A stretch of DNA of 64,000 nucleotides. Origin: a virus (taxonomy: Duplodnaviria > Caudoviricetes). The notes beneath the pieces are model-generated. The model had not been told where the DNA came from and did not search any database. It saw only the letters and a list, made by a program, of their open reading frames with translations. A program made the position numbers and the translations under genes. Numbering within the stretch: the first letter of the stretch is position 1; every line of letters begins with the position of its first letter. Below are positions 10,033 through 20,760 of this stretch, piece after piece. Where the stretch lies: positions 64,001 to 128,000 of the IMG/VR virus record IMGVR_UViG_642918906_000001, one strand, 5' to 3'.

Positions 10033-12012
10033 ATGCGTAAGTTGAATGTATATGATGCACGCGCACTGGTCAACATGTCTTATGATGACCTATACGCAAT
10101 CCCGTCTGAATGGCATACCATCAAGTTTGCCGATGGTGAACTGACTGTAAAAGATCGGATCACTAAACTAACCGCTTGGCTGTGGAGTCCCTTTCGGGGA
10201 TTCCCAGACGTACCAATCCTTAAGGAACATCATCTAAACGATCAACGCGTAACTGCTAAATCTTTGGTGAAGCTGGTTGAGAAAATCATCTGGCATATCC
10301 ATGCAACTAACCCAACACCAGTAGATCCTGAACTGTTGGCACGCTTGGCGATTGAAGCTACTAACAACTTCTATAACCAAGCAACCATTCAGCTGGGTGA
10401 GTACGTTGCAACACTCAGTATGTTTGAGATCAATGAACTATGGTGGCATCCTCGTGTTCGGGAAGCTAACACTGATATCGATCCAACGACTTATGGTATC
10501 GAACAAGTCTGCTATAAAGAGCTTAAAGACGTGTTCATGGACCCAGGTGAGTTCAAGGGTAACTCCATCACTGAAGGTCTTAAGTCTGGTACTCAAAAGC
10601 TGGATTCGTTGTATCAGGCATTCGGTGCTCGTGGTTTCCCAACTGACATCGACTCGGCGATCTTCCCTGAACCGGTACTGACTGGTTACATCGAAGGTAT
10701 CTGGGGGCTCTATGAAAACATGGTTGAGTCTCGGTCTGGTACCAAAGCTCTTCTATATAACAAAGAGTTGTTGCGTGTAACCGAGTACTTTAACCGGAAG
10801 TCTCAGCTGATCGCTCAGTATGTAAACCATCTGCATTATGGTGACTGTGGTGCCGAGTATATCTCCTTCCCGGTGATGAAAGGTTATCTCAAAGCCATGA
10901 ACGGTAAGTTCTATCTGAACGAAACCACTGGTAAGATGGATGTACTGACTGGTAATGAAACTCATCTGATCGGTAAACGAATCAAGATGCGTTCTGTGGT
11001 TGGTTGCGTGCATCCTGATCCTCAGGGTATCTGCTCTACGTGTTATGGTCTGCTTGCAGATAACATTCCACGTGGTACCAACATCGGTCAAGTAGCGGCT
11101 GTATCCATGGGTGACAAAATTACTTCGTCTGTATTGTCTACTAAACACACCGATGCTACATCGGCTGTTGAGCAATACAAGCTGGGTGGTATTGAAGCCA
11201 AGTATCTTCGTGAGGGTACGCTATCGGAAACACTCTATCTGAAACCTGAGTTAGCAGGTATGGGTTATAAGTTGATGATCTCTAAGAATGAAGCCTCTAA
11301 CTTGGCAGACGTTCTGATGATTGAAAACTTGCATGGTTATCCACCAAGCTCCGCTACTGAGATGACTAAGATTGGTTTGGTTCGTCAAGTTGATGGTGTA
11401 GACGTCGGGGACGTTCTGACTGTTAGTTTGTATAACCGTAAAGCTAGTCTGTCGCTCGAAGTGTTGAAGCATGTTAAGAAAGTGCAATGGCAGCCAGACG
11501 ATCGTGGTAACATCGTGATTGATCTTGATGGTTTCGACCACACACAACCATTCCTAACGTTGCCATATAAACACGTTAACATGTATGAAGTAATGAAGCG
11601 AATTCAAAGCTTCTTGCATTCGGGTTCGGATACCGAAGGTTCTAAACTGAGTTCCGACAAGGTAGGTTTTACTAGCAAGACCTATCTTAAGAACTACGAA
11701 AACGTCATTGAAGGTGTAGTCGCAACAGCATCGTTGATCAACGAAAAGATTAATTTGCCATTGGTACACTGTGAAGTATTGGCGTATGCTATGACAATTA
11801 AATCTGCTCAGCGTAAGGACTATAACCTGCCTAAGCCTGGTTACCTAGGTCAGTTTGAGAAATATAACAAGCTGATGCATTCACGTGACTTGGCTGGTAC
11901 GATGGCCTTTGAGAAACAGCATGAGCCTTTCGCAAACCCAGCAAGCTTCCTCTATACTGAACGTAACGATCATCCATATGGTCTTATGGTAAGAGGTGGA
12001 CAGCTCAACTAA
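10033..12012 (+). CDS. Non-virion RNAP beta' subunit C-terminal part (phiKZ gp74-like)
   Basis: DCG, RSVVGC...GICSTCYG zinc site, IGQVAAVSMGDKITSSVLSTKHT trigger-loop equivalent. Confidence 0.9.
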   Translation: MRKLNVYDARALVNMSYDDLYAIPSEWHTIKFADGELTVKDRITKLTAWLWSPFRGFPDVPILKEHHLNDQRVTAKSLVKLVEKIIWHIHATNPTPVDPELLARLAIEATNNFYNQATIQLGEYVATLSMFEINELWWHPRVREANTDIDPTTYGIEQVCYKELKDVFMDPGEFKGNSITEGLKSGTQKLDSLYQAFGARGFPTDIDSAIFPEPVLTGYIEGIWGLYENMVESRSGTKALLYNKELLRVTEYFNRKSQLIAQYVNHLHYGDCGAEYISFPVMKGYLKAMNGKFYLNETTGKMDVLTGNETHLIGKRIKMRSVVGCVHPDPQGICSTCYGLLADNIPRGTNIGQVAAVSMGDKITSSVLSTKHTDATSAVEQYKLGGIEAKYLREGTLSETLYLKPELAGMGYKLMISKNEASNLADVLMIENLHGYPPSSATEMTKIGLVRQVDGVDVGDVLTVSLYNRKASLSLEVLKHVKKVQWQPDDRGNIVIDLDGFDHTQPFLTLPYKHVNMYEVMKRIQSFLHSGSDTEGSKLSSDKVGFTSKTYLKNYENVIEGVVATASLINEKINLPLVHCEVLAYAMTIKSAQRKDYNLPKPGYLGQFEKYNKLMHSRDLAGTMAFEKQHEPFANPASFLYTERNDHPYGLMVRGGQLN

Positions 12013-12028
12013 ACTGGAGGTCGAGGTG

Positions 12029-12070
12029 ACGGGGGAGCTTCGGCTCCCCCGTAGTCTCGTTTTAATTTTT
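12029..12070 (+). terminator. Intrinsic terminator
   Basis: ACGGGGGAGC-TTCG-GCTCCCCCGT followed by a T-rich tract. Confidence 0.75.
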
Positions 12071-12071
12071 T

Positions 12072-13613
12072 ATGAAGCCCTTATTAATCGCAGAACGCTA
12101 TACTCACGGGGTACGCTTATCGGGATATACGCGAGAAACATTCGACAAAATGGCTGCGTTCCTTGAGGGACTAAACCTTAAAGAACCTAAGAAGCTTCCG
12201 GGTAACCGAATGGTGATGGAGCTTAAGAAACGTTACTATGGTGTATTCGAAGACTTGTCGGAAGTATACATCCACCGTAACAGTTTACCTGATCTGATCG
12301 GTTATCTTGAAAATCGAAACATTCCAAAAGAGTGTATCGAGATCATCGACATTCCGGTGCCTACACCAGCGACAGCTCACTACGACATGTTCGAGATGTT
12401 TGTTCTACGGGACTATCAAGAACTAATCGTTGAGGACATCCTCAGGCCACAATACCACTCTGCACGTGTTGACTTGCAGACAGGTAAAGGTAAGACACTG
12501 AGTGCTCTTGCAGCGCTTGCTAGACGCAAATGCCGGTGTGTTGTAATGGTGCCACCTAAGTACTTCGGTATTTGGATTAAAGCTCTTAAGGAGACCTACA
12601 AGGGCTATACCGACGAGTCTTTGAACTGGATGACCGTATCTGGTTCAGCCGAACTACAGAAACTTATTGACCGAGGTATTGAAAATGATCTTGAAGGGGT
12701 TGACGTCATCGTCATCTCTAACGTTACTTACCGCTCGTATATCGACAACTACGAGAAGTATGGGTCAAAGATTAGTGGACTTGGCTATAACTGTCCGCCT
12801 CCGCGATTCCATGAAGCCATTGGCGCTGGATTCCAAATCAACGACGAAATCCAAGAAGATCCAGGACTTGTGTTTCGTATTGACATGTACACTAACGTTA
12901 ATCTTCAAGTTTATCTGTCTGCTACTCCTTTCACAGGTAATGCCTATGTAACTAAGATGATTGATAAGATGCTTCCACCGGACACCATGGTACGGTTGCC
13001 GAATCTGGACGTCTATATCAACGCAATGTGTCTAAGGTACTGTGAACCGGGTATTAAACCTAAAGACTATCTGACTCCGTTTAAGAACACGTATAACCAT
13101 GCGCGTTATGAAACGCAGATGATGAAAGATAAGAAACGACTACATGCTTACAAAACGATGGTGGGTAATATCACTAAAGGTTTGTTTGTTAATGACATGC
13201 TTCCTAAACAGAAGCTATTGTTGTTGTGTGCTACTGTAGCATTCATCGACGAGATAGTAGCTTATCTAAAAGAGCGATTCCCTGATCTACAGATTAATGG
13301 GCATTACTCAGGTAGTCCGTTTGAAAGGCTACAAAAGAATGATATCACTGTATCCACGATTAAGTCGTCGGGTACTGGTGTAGACATTCACAACTTACGT
13401 GAAGTAGGTCTGTTACAGGCTACCGACTCTAAGAAGGATAATATCCAGATCTTAGGTCGGCTACGTAAGTTAAAAGACTACCCTGATGTTGTACCACGTT
13501 TAACCTTCTTAGCTTGTGAATCGATACCGCACCACATGCGTTACGCTGCAAGCAAGCGTGATCATTTCGATGGTCGTGTGCTAAACATGAAAACCATGCG
13601 CATCAACATGTAA
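12072..13613 (+). CDS. SF2 (UvsW-like) helicase, phiKZ gp75-like
   Basis: LRDYQ Q-motif, QTGKGKT Walker A, DEIQ motif II, SATP motif III, GTGVDI motif V, QILGRLR motif VI. Confidence 0.9.
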   Translation: MKPLLIAERYTHGVRLSGYTRETFDKMAAFLEGLNLKEPKKLPGNRMVMELKKRYYGVFEDLSEVYIHRNSLPDLIGYLENRNIPKECIEIIDIPVPTPATAHYDMFEMFVLRDYQELIVEDILRPQYHSARVDLQTGKGKTLSALAALARRKCRCVVMVPPKYFGIWIKALKETYKGYTDESLNWMTVSGSAELQKLIDRGIENDLEGVDVIVISNVTYRSYIDNYEKYGSKISGLGYNCPPPRFHEAIGAGFQINDEIQEDPGLVFRIDMYTNVNLQVYLSATPFTGNAYVTKMIDKMLPPDTMVRLPNLDVYINAMCLRYCEPGIKPKDYLTPFKNTYNHARYETQMMKDKKRLHAYKTMVGNITKGLFVNDMLPKQKLLLLCATVAFIDEIVAYLKERFPDLQINGHYSGSPFERLQKNDITVSTIKSSGTGVDIHNLREVGLLQATDSKKDNIQILGRLRKLKDYPDVVPRLTFLACESIPHHMRYAASKRDHFDGRVLNMKTMRINM

Positions 13614-13617
13614 GCTC

Positions 13618-13642
13618 GTCCTCCCCTAGGGGAGGACTTTAT
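13618..13642 (+). terminator. Stem-loop after the helicase
   Basis: Inverted repeat GTCCTCCCC/GGGGAGGAC followed by TTTATT. Confidence 0.6.
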
Positions 13643-13658
13643 TCCGTCGAGGTGAAAG

Positions 13659-13892
13659 ATGTTTCCAAACGCAACTTTAGAAGAACTGTCATTGGGTGGA
13701 TTCTATGGTCTATTGCTAATCCTAGCATTCAACCTGATTGTCCTTCTAATAAAGGTGGTAGGGTTCAATAGGGGGACGTATGAGGATCAGAAATCCATTA
13801 ATGATACGTTAGAGTGGTTAAGGATTTGGGGCACCTTAACGATCCTTGTAGCGGCTATCTACTTTATCGTCTATGTTGTCCCATGGCATTAA
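13659..13892 (+). CDS. Small two-TM membrane protein
   Basis: Two hydrophobic segments; SD GAGGTG. Confidence 0.65.
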   Translation: MFPNATLEELSLGGFYGLLLILAFNLIVLLIKVVGFNRGTYEDQKSINDTLEWLRIWGTLTILVAAIYFIVYVVPWH

Positions 13893-13899
13893 CTAATAG

Positions 13900-13933
13900 A
13901 ACCCATCTTAGGCCTATATTACTTCTGTGAATA
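13900..13933 (+). promoter_or_regulatory. Early promoter, TATATTAC
   Basis: TATATTAC at 13915-13922, then N4-GTGAAT; upstream AATAGAACCCAT shared with the 51387 site. Confidence 0.75.
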
Positions 13934-13948
13934 AACAGGAGGTGTATT

Positions 13949-14161
13949 ATGGTCTTCATCGTAATTATTGTACTGTTGTTTGATCTGGTCATGGTGTCTA
14001 AGATTCTAGGATCGATGATTCGTGCCGACTTTAATCCAGCTGTTTACATCAATACCAAGTTTTGGGTGAGGATCGGTATCCTGATTATATTCCATGTGGT
14101 GATGGCAATCATCTCTGGATTCACTTTTTACATTGGTGCGATTGTAAGGGCGACTTTGTGA
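13949..14161 (+). CDS. Small two-TM membrane protein
   Basis: 70 aa, two hydrophobic helices, SD GGAGGTG. Confidence 0.65.
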   Translation: MVFIVIIVLLFDLVMVSKILGSMIRADFNPAVYINTKFWVRIGILIIFHVVMAIISGFTFYIGAIVRATL

Positions 14162-14171
14162 GGTATGGGGC

Positions 14172-14378
14172 ATGATGAATGTGGTTTTTAAATATCGCAT
14201 GAAGGTTAAGGCTGATAGTATATTTGACTTAACCAACCGCGGTTACGTAGTCAATCAAAATGACTGCGTTGAAGGTGAATTCTGGTTGCTGACCAACAGT
14301 CCTAAATACCTGACCTCTTTTGTTGAGAGCGATGGTTTTGAAGTGGTGGTGGCAGCTGAAGAAATCCCCATGGCCTAA
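14172..14378 (+). CDS. Hypothetical protein
   Basis: 68 aa, SD GAGG. Confidence 0.55.
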   Translation: MMNVVFKYRMKVKADSIFDLTNRGYVVNQNDCVEGEFWLLTNSPKYLTSFVESDGFEVVVAAEEIPMA

Positions 14379-14379
14379 C

Positions 14380-14430
14380 GACATAAAGCCCCTCCGAAAG
14401 GAGGGGCAATATGTTTTATTTTTTTTTTCG
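14380..14430. terminator. Terminator between convergent genes
   Basis: GCCCCTCC-GAAA-GGAGGGGC at 14388-14407 plus T tract. Confidence 0.8.
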
Positions 14431-14892
14431 TTATCGAAGACCATTCAATAGTTGGTTTGCCTGAATACCTTCTTGCACTGACTTGGATTCACATAGCTCA
14501 GCCATGAATCTTGCATCATCAAAAGGTAGTTCAAAGTATTCCAATATACCTAGCCCTGTAACAATACCGATACGATAGTTAATAAACTTACGTATCCATG
14601 TCCGACGTGGTCCACCTTCAATAATATCTTCTTTAGGGTGCAGACGCACCAAGTCTAAAGGATCATCTGTCTGGTGGGTACTGATACCACGATCACGGTG
14701 GTATGCCTTGCGGGTTACCATCTGAGTCACGACTGAACGCATTGGTCCGGTTTCCATATAGACCCGTTCCAATTCAGAGTTCTCGACTTCCTGTAATCCA
14801 AATGTGGCCATTGTTACATGGCCATCATTATCACGGAGGTCAATCTTCAGTCGACTGGCTTTAGGATCTTTTACCTCACCGGTATCGATCAA
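14431..14892 (-). CDS. Hypothetical protein
   Basis: 153 aa, start overlaps the upstream stop. Confidence 0.6.
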   Translation of the reverse strand: MIDTGEVKDPKASRLKIDLRDNDGHVTMATFGLQEVENSELERVYMETGPMRSVVTQMVTRKAYHRDRGISTHQTDDPLDLVRLHPKEDIIEGGPRRTWIRKFINYRIGIVTGLGILEYFELPFDDARFMAELCESKSVQEGIQANQLLNGLR

Positions 14893-16472
14893 GCAACTCT
14901 CTGGCCCGCTAACGTAAAAAAAGTTGCGAGCATGTCCAGCGGTACCAAGTGTGGTAACCGTTCATTATAAGTCAGGCCTTGCGGAGACTTACATTCTGGA
15001 CAGTTATGGGATGGCAATGCGCACAGACCAATGATGGTTTCGTTGGAGTAAGCGTTAACGCCGTCAACGAACCGTTCAAAGTATTCGTGCTCAGAGATCG
15101 TCGAGGAGATAAAGTCCATGATGATCTCTTGGTCATCAGTAAAGAACTGATCTTCCAGATTGGAAGTGTTCTCGTCCTTCAGATAGATCGCTTCAACCCA
15201 ATGTGAGTACTGTGTAGCTTTAGTCGCATGTTGCAAACGTCGGATGTACTCGTAACGTTGACCGCCTTCAGGTGATTCGTTAAATGCGCCTTTAGACATC
15301 TCGATCAGGGTATCGTACCACAGCTTAGCCGAGATACGACGTTTAGCAATACTAGGTGGCGCGATCTTGATACCAACCTCACCCATCCAGTTAATCTTAG
15401 GATTACCGATGGTGAAAGCTTCACGATAGGCTTTGAAGTCATCATCACTAGCCGGAGCGAACTGCTTAGCGATGTGGCGACGTTGTTCTTTGGTGAACAC
15501 CGCATCGTCGAAGAATACGACGTTGGACATGTTCATCTTGAACTCAGTTACGCCGTTACACTTATCAGGATCGGCAATGCAAGGGACGCTGTAGTTAAAC
15601 CCATCAGGGTACATGACGGCAGCCAATGCATGGTGCAATAGACTTTCGTCAAAAATGGACATTTCATGTTCAAGGTCACTCGGGGTAGTGTAATGACGGT
15701 TGGACGCTACGATGCAATTCAGAGCGAGGTCGGTTACAGCATCCAGCATACGGAAGCTTGCATGGGAGAAAGCCAAGCCTTTGGTATCGTTACCCAACTT
15801 AACACGCAGGGTTTGCAGTTCAGTCTGCATTGCTACCACTTCACCCAACGATGGGCGACGCAGGCGTACCCAAATACCAGAGTGTGGCAGGAAGGCTTCG
15901 TAGTTACCACCAAGACCCGCTTTCCAACTCAGGAATGCCAGAGCGGATTCTTTAGAGTTCTTCTTAGACTTATCGTAGACCTGTTGTGGACGGCCAGGGC
16001 GTACAAGCTGCTGATGTCCAGGAATAGAGATACCATCGCGCCAGTGCGATTCAGGACGCTCTGTAGCCCCCAATGGGGTTTCATCCAGAGACAGGTGATT
16101 CATACCAGCGAAGAGATTAGCTAGCCAGATGTCATCGTGTTCGTTGGTAACCAAGTTACCCGAATGCATTGCATCCAACAGCATGCTATTTCGCTCAAGC
16201 ACTTTGTTAACGTTACGATACGATTCTTGAATAATCGACATAATCGGTCGAGTATCTTTAATCGGAGTACCACAAGCCCGACGTTCCTGCGAGAAATTAA
16301 CAGCAGGTTGCTCAGGCTTGAAAAGAGGTTTCTCTGGAATCTCCAAAGAAGGTGGGAGATCAAAAATCTCCCCAGTAGGACCCGCTTCACCAGTAATGCC
16401 AGTTTCACTGGCTACACTAGCTTCTTGAAACTCATTGGTGTAGTTGTCTTCTTTGTCAAATTCATCATGCAT
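14889..16472 (-). CDS. Conserved phiKZ-like core protein (gp77-like) with Cys clusters
   Basis: 527 aa; PC...C and C-terminal CPEC zinc-ribbon-like motifs; acidic N-terminus. Confidence 0.6.
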   Translation of the reverse strand: MHDEFDKEDNYTNEFQEASVASETGITGEAGPTGEIFDLPPSLEIPEKPLFKPEQPAVNFSQERRACGTPIKDTRPIMSIIQESYRNVNKVLERNSMLLDAMHSGNLVTNEHDDIWLANLFAGMNHLSLDETPLGATERPESHWRDGISIPGHQQLVRPGRPQQVYDKSKKNSKESALAFLSWKAGLGGNYEAFLPHSGIWVRLRRPSLGEVVAMQTELQTLRVKLGNDTKGLAFSHASFRMLDAVTDLALNCIVASNRHYTTPSDLEHEMSIFDESLLHHALAAVMYPDGFNYSVPCIADPDKCNGVTEFKMNMSNVVFFDDAVFTKEQRRHIAKQFAPASDDDFKAYREAFTIGNPKINWMGEVGIKIAPPSIAKRRISAKLWYDTLIEMSKGAFNESPEGGQRYEYIRRLQHATKATQYSHWVEAIYLKDENTSNLEDQFFTDDQEIIMDFISSTISEHEYFERFVDGVNAYSNETIIGLCALPSHNCPECKSPQGLTYNERLPHLVPLDMLATFFTLAGQRVA

Positions 16473-16938
16473 CTTTCTTTTCCTCGATGGTCAGCTCAGT
16501 AATACCAACAGCTTCCAGATCAGCTACGATGTTCAGCATCAGTGGATGGATGGCTTGCTCCAAGTGACCCTGTACTTTGGTATAGCCTAGAGTAAGGCCG
16601 TTAACCAAGCTCAGTTCGGCTTCTGTAGGAGTACCCTTTTTACCCTCGTGGTGCTCATACAGACCAACCAGTGCTTGGGAGATGTTCTTTACGTCTTTGC
16701 GGAGAGTATTGTATTTTGCCTCAAACCCTTCTGGGTCTGTCAACAGAGCTTTGTATTTTTCCAGATTCACACTGATTGGGTAAATAACCAGTGCGGTTGC
16801 ATTGATACCTTCAGCCAGCGCACGACCCATCTCAGCGACGATGTCCCAGCCAGCTTGTTTGATGAGTTCTTGTGCGGCCTCAGCAGACTTGTCTGCTACT
16901 TCTTCGGTGATGAGTTCGGCGGCGTTGATTGGTTGCAT
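16465..16938 (-). CDS. Hypothetical helical protein
   Basis: 157 aa, SD AAGGA, coupled to the next gene. Confidence 0.6.
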   Translation of the reverse strand: MQPINAAELITEEVADKSAEAAQELIKQAGWDIVAEMGRALAEGINATALVIYPISVNLEKYKALLTDPEGFEAKYNTLRKDVKNISQALVGLYEHHEGKKGTPTEAELSLVNGLTLGYTKVQGHLEQAIHPLMLNIVADLEAVGITELTIEEKKDA

Positions 16939-17071
16939 TTTGTAATCCTTAAATCGATTTGGGAATTTGTGTTGTTAACATAGATATAACACGATAGGTA
17001 AACTTTACTTTAATTTAAACACTACCTACTACCATAACGGTATGTTAAAACATCTACTATTAGGTAACTAA

Positions 17072-17923
17072 ATGAAACTCGAAATTCAAGATGCTATTTC
17101 GTCACTGGTGTCACCAGAACAGCTGGCTGTGACGCTAGATGTCGTTGACACTTTACTAGAGCAGGATTATGTACTTGCTCTCGATGAGTTAAATACAGTG
17201 TTGATGATTGCTGATGACTATGCCGACTCAGCGATGCTGGTTGGTCGCATTAATGACATTCTCACGTATGCTCTGAACTATATTCTCAATGATCGAGGTG
17301 TTGTGGTTAGTGACGATGCGAGTCTTGGTATTCGACTGGCTGTTGTAAACACGTTACTATATATTCCACGATACATCATTCCTGATGACCTTGCTCACAT
17401 ATTCCAACAGAACTACGATGACGTTGAAACGATGTCACAATTAGTAGCCTTCTTCAGTACGTACCCAGTGGACGAATTGATGGAACATATCGAATCAGCT
17501 AGTGATGACGCATTGGCGTTTATTCGTAAGTCTATTGATGAACGTATTCAAGTAATGGGTGAATACTCCGGTGGTCGTATTCCAGTTGAGCGAATCAAGG
17601 TGATTAATAAGCTACTTCAAACCAACGGTCGTGAACGCTTTAGCATGATGCTTGAACTGGCTAATGCTGGTATCAGAGTTGGCCGCAGTTACGATGAACT
17701 TATCAATATTTCTTTTGAAGGTCTTGAATCACGTAACCCTTCTGAAGCTGCAAGTCAAATGGTGGGTCTAGCATTCTTCAGTGATCTACCATTGCAAAGC
17801 ATTTGGAGTAAATTAGATACCAGTTTGGACGAGTACACTGATAACCCGATGGAACGTAAACTAATGCTTGACGAGTTTACTGACATCAAACGTAAGTTGG
17901 GTGATGTTAATGAAAATACGTGA
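17072..17923 (+). CDS. Conserved hypothetical protein (gp79-like)
   Basis: 283 aa acidic helical ORF upstream of the vRNAP subunit. Confidence 0.6.
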   Translation: MKLEIQDAISSLVSPEQLAVTLDVVDTLLEQDYVLALDELNTVLMIADDYADSAMLVGRINDILTYALNYILNDRGVVVSDDASLGIRLAVVNTLLYIPRYIIPDDLAHIFQQNYDDVETMSQLVAFFSTYPVDELMEHIESASDDALAFIRKSIDERIQVMGEYSGGRIPVERIKVINKLLQTNGRERFSMMLELANAGIRVGRSYDELINISFEGLESRNPSEAASQMVGLAFFSDLPLQSIWSKLDTSLDEYTDNPMERKLMLDEFTDIKRKLGDVNENT

Positions 17924-19247
17924 TTACTTTCTCATGGCCTTAAAAGATGGCATGGGGCGTAAACGAATCTGGATGAACTCTTTGGTTAGTGTCATTTACA
18001 ATAATGATGCTACGGCTGATTACAACTACAAAATTCACTATGAAGGCGACAAGGCTTATTTCTTTAAGCCAGGTACGGATACGCCAATTTATCTAGAAGG
18101 GTTTGTACCAGGTGAACCCTTCATCACTTTCCGCGATGAGTTCATCTTGCAACCTGGTGAGTTGGTTAACTATCCTGAAGGTGTGCCTCTCAGAACGTGC
18201 TACGGTAATGTGTTCTTCAATCAACTATGTTTGGTTGAACCTTTTGGGTCATTGATTCCTTTTGCAACCGGTACGATTGTACCCTCTAAGTTTGAAGACT
18301 TTATCCTCGAACGAATGATCGACGATCGTGAAGACGGCAACGTTACAGAAATGGCTCCAGACGGTAAGCTGTACGTTTGGCAATACCTCATGTTCTGTGA
18401 CCATTGTTTGGCTATTCCAGGTTACGCAGATGGTTTGGTTACATCAACCACCCGTAAGTCATTGCTTTCTAGTCCTGAGTGGCCAGCTATTCGATCAACA
18501 TGGATTGAAAAGAACAAGCATCGTCTGAACGACCCTGCTGCGGTTGCAGAGCTTTCGGTTATTGCCGCACAGGTTGATGCTGAGTGGCTTAAAGATGACC
18601 CGGCTTGGACCTTCTATAGCGCTAAGAAGAAGCTTGAAGGTGCACGTCGTAAAGTACACTACATGTTTGGTGGTGAATCTCCTTTCTCCGATGGTACGAC
18701 TGTTGAGTTTATCTCGAAGTCCCTCGAAGAAGGTATTGATACCGATCACATGCCTGTAATGAACAACTCGTTGCGTTTTGGTTCTTATAACCGTGGTTCT
18801 CAGACAGCACTTGGTGGTGAGTCGACTAAAACGATTTACCGGATGATGGGTACTTCCCGTATTATCGAGCAGGACTGTGAAACTTGGTTGGGTGTACCTA
18901 CACTTGTTACCAAACTCAACGCTAAAGGTCTGGTCGGTTACAGTTACGTTGTTGATGGTAAATCAATTGAGATCACTAAAGAAAACATTGATGGTCTAAT
19001 TGGCTCGGTTATTGCAATTCGTGGTCCTATGGTTTGCAAAGCAGGTCGAGATCGTGCGCGCGGTACGATTGGTAAAGGTAAGAACATCTGTGCGGTATGT
19101 GCGGGTAAAGACCTTGCTGAAAACCCTTACGGTATCCCTGCGGCAGTAGCTGGGGTTGGTGGTCGCTTCCTGATGGTGTTTATGTCTAAGATGCACAGTT
19201 CCACTCTGCGCACTGTGGAATGGGATATGGATGCACGGTTGACCTAA
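17910..19247 (+). CDS. Virion RNAP beta' subunit C-terminal part (phiKZ gp80-like)
   Basis: SLEEG, R.GSYNRGSQTALGG bridge-helix equivalent, DC, RGPMVC...ICAVCAG zinc site, FMSKMH; likely start ATG 17910. Confidence 0.85.
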   Translation: MKIRDYFLMALKDGMGRKRIWMNSLVSVIYNNDATADYNYKIHYEGDKAYFFKPGTDTPIYLEGFVPGEPFITFRDEFILQPGELVNYPEGVPLRTCYGNVFFNQLCLVEPFGSLIPFATGTIVPSKFEDFILERMIDDREDGNVTEMAPDGKLYVWQYLMFCDHCLAIPGYADGLVTSTTRKSLLSSPEWPAIRSTWIEKNKHRLNDPAAVAELSVIAAQVDAEWLKDDPAWTFYSAKKKLEGARRKVHYMFGGESPFSDGTTVEFISKSLEEGIDTDHMPVMNNSLRFGSYNRGSQTALGGESTKTIYRMMGTSRIIEQDCETWLGVPTLVTKLNAKGLVGYSYVVDGKSIEITKENIDGLIGSVIAIRGPMVCKAGRDRARGTIGKGKNICAVCAGKDLAENPYGIPAAVAGVGGRFLMVFMSKMHSSTLRTVEWDMDARLT

Positions 19248-19310
19248 CCTATTTTATACATGGGGTATGGTAACGTACCCCTAACACATTTTTAAACAAA
19301 GGTAAATAAC

Positions 19311-20714
19311 ATGGCTAAAAACAAAGGCTTTGCAGCACTGGCTGCTTTGCAGACTAAATCTGTTCAAACTGAAACCGTGGAAGAAGTTAAAGAACCAACT
19401 AACGTCACTAACGAAGATGGTACCGTTGTAGTTGAAGTACCTGAAGAAACTACCCAGCCTACTTGGGATACAATCGATCAGGTTCCTGCTCTGTTTGAAT
19501 CGGCTGAAGATGAACAGGCTGATCAAGATGCTGAATCGGTAAGTCTACGTGGCTTGACCCCTGACATCATCCAAATGGATGAAGCTACCTATGCTCGTGG
19601 TCAAAATCCAATGGTTACACCTGTTGATGAAGTTCCTTACATTCAAACTGAATCCTTTGCCTCTGTATCTACTGAAACGAACATCGCTACCCAGCTTAAA
19701 GAAGCTATCGCTCCTGCTCAACCTATCTTCGACGCTCCAGTTGAAGAACCAGTTAAGCCAGCCTACATTCTGCGGACCATTGACCAATGGACTGACGCTG
19801 AACTCGAAGCTTACATCGCTGGCACTTGTGAAGAAGAAACTTATGTTGCTCAACTGAAGCAAGCCGTGACCGAACACCGTAAACGCTACAGTACTCTGGC
19901 CAAGGCTTGGACTGTTGAAGAGTGCCGTGAGTTCCTGCTCAACGGTACTGTTCCAGCTAAGACTACCAAAGGTACTTGGGTTAAAGACGTAACCCGTCAA
20001 TACCGTCGTGAACATGAATGGGAAACCAACGAACTCGAAAGCTGGGCGCTTGGTGAGATCGCTGCCGGTGGTGTAACTACTGATGGTGGTCTGGCTATTG
20101 AACTGAAATCGCGTTTGAACCTGAGTGTTCCAAGCGTTGACGTTAATGCAGTTATTACTAACTATCGTCACGCTACTGCACAAGTAACAGAAGCCCGTAA
20201 AGAAGTACGGCCTGATCCCGCTACCCCAACTGTATCCGAAGCTCAGATTGCCGAAGTTACCAAAACTATCCAACTCGAAGGACTTACACTCGTGAACCAA
20301 TCGTACATTGAATCTTCCCTTGCTCAATTTGAAGCTGTAATGAAAGTAGGTCGTGCTGTTTCTGAAACCCAAGGTGGTGATGCACAGAAACTTCTGCGTG
20401 ATGTGATGGTATACGCGATCCAACTACCTGATCCAGTTGGCTCCCGTAATGCAATGCAATACCTGCTGGATTACTTCCGTGCTCGCCGTGGTATCGGTCA
20501 ACTGTTTGAAGATACCTATGCCTTCCGTAATATCCCTGACATGCGTACCCCTAAGAAAGACCAAGTGGCTCACCACGATCTGCTGACCCTGTTCTTGGTA
20601 TACGCTGACCCAATGGTTGAACTGCGTGGTCAAACCGACATCCCTAGTCTGATCGGTAACATCAATCCACAGTTCCAATCCCGTGTACTTGAGTTCTTCG
20701 CTCGTCAGAAGTAA
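19311..20714 (+). CDS. Conserved hypothetical protein (gp81-like), acidic N-terminus
   Basis: 467 aa, SD AAGGT; internal W-x3-E repeats. Confidence 0.65.
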   Translation: MAKNKGFAALAALQTKSVQTETVEEVKEPTNVTNEDGTVVVEVPEETTQPTWDTIDQVPALFESAEDEQADQDAESVSLRGLTPDIIQMDEATYARGQNPMVTPVDEVPYIQTESFASVSTETNIATQLKEAIAPAQPIFDAPVEEPVKPAYILRTIDQWTDAELEAYIAGTCEEETYVAQLKQAVTEHRKRYSTLAKAWTVEECREFLLNGTVPAKTTKGTWVKDVTRQYRREHEWETNELESWALGEIAAGGVTTDGGLAIELKSRLNLSVPSVDVNAVITNYRHATAQVTEARKEVRPDPATPTVSEAQIAEVTKTIQLEGLTLVNQSYIESSLAQFEAVMKVGRAVSETQGGDAQKLLRDVMVYAIQLPDPVGSRNAMQYLLDYFRARRGIGQLFEDTYAFRNIPDMRTPKKDQVAHHDLLTLFLVYADPMVELRGQTDIPSLIGNINPQFQSRVLEFFARQK

Positions 20715-20718
20715 GATA

Positions 20719-20760
20719 CGACATATTGCCCAGCCTCAACGGCTGGGCTTTATGCTGTTA
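20719..20760. terminator. Stem-loop between convergent genes
   Basis: GCCCAGCC-TCAAC-GGCTGGGC at 20728-20748, flanked by CATA and TATG. Confidence 0.7.

Noticed and set aside
13659-14161. Holin assignment for the two-TM proteins
   Set aside because: No adjacent endolysin, and one lies behind an early promoter
19545-20423. 292 aa minus-strand ORF
   Set aside because: Antisense shadow of the gp81-like gene
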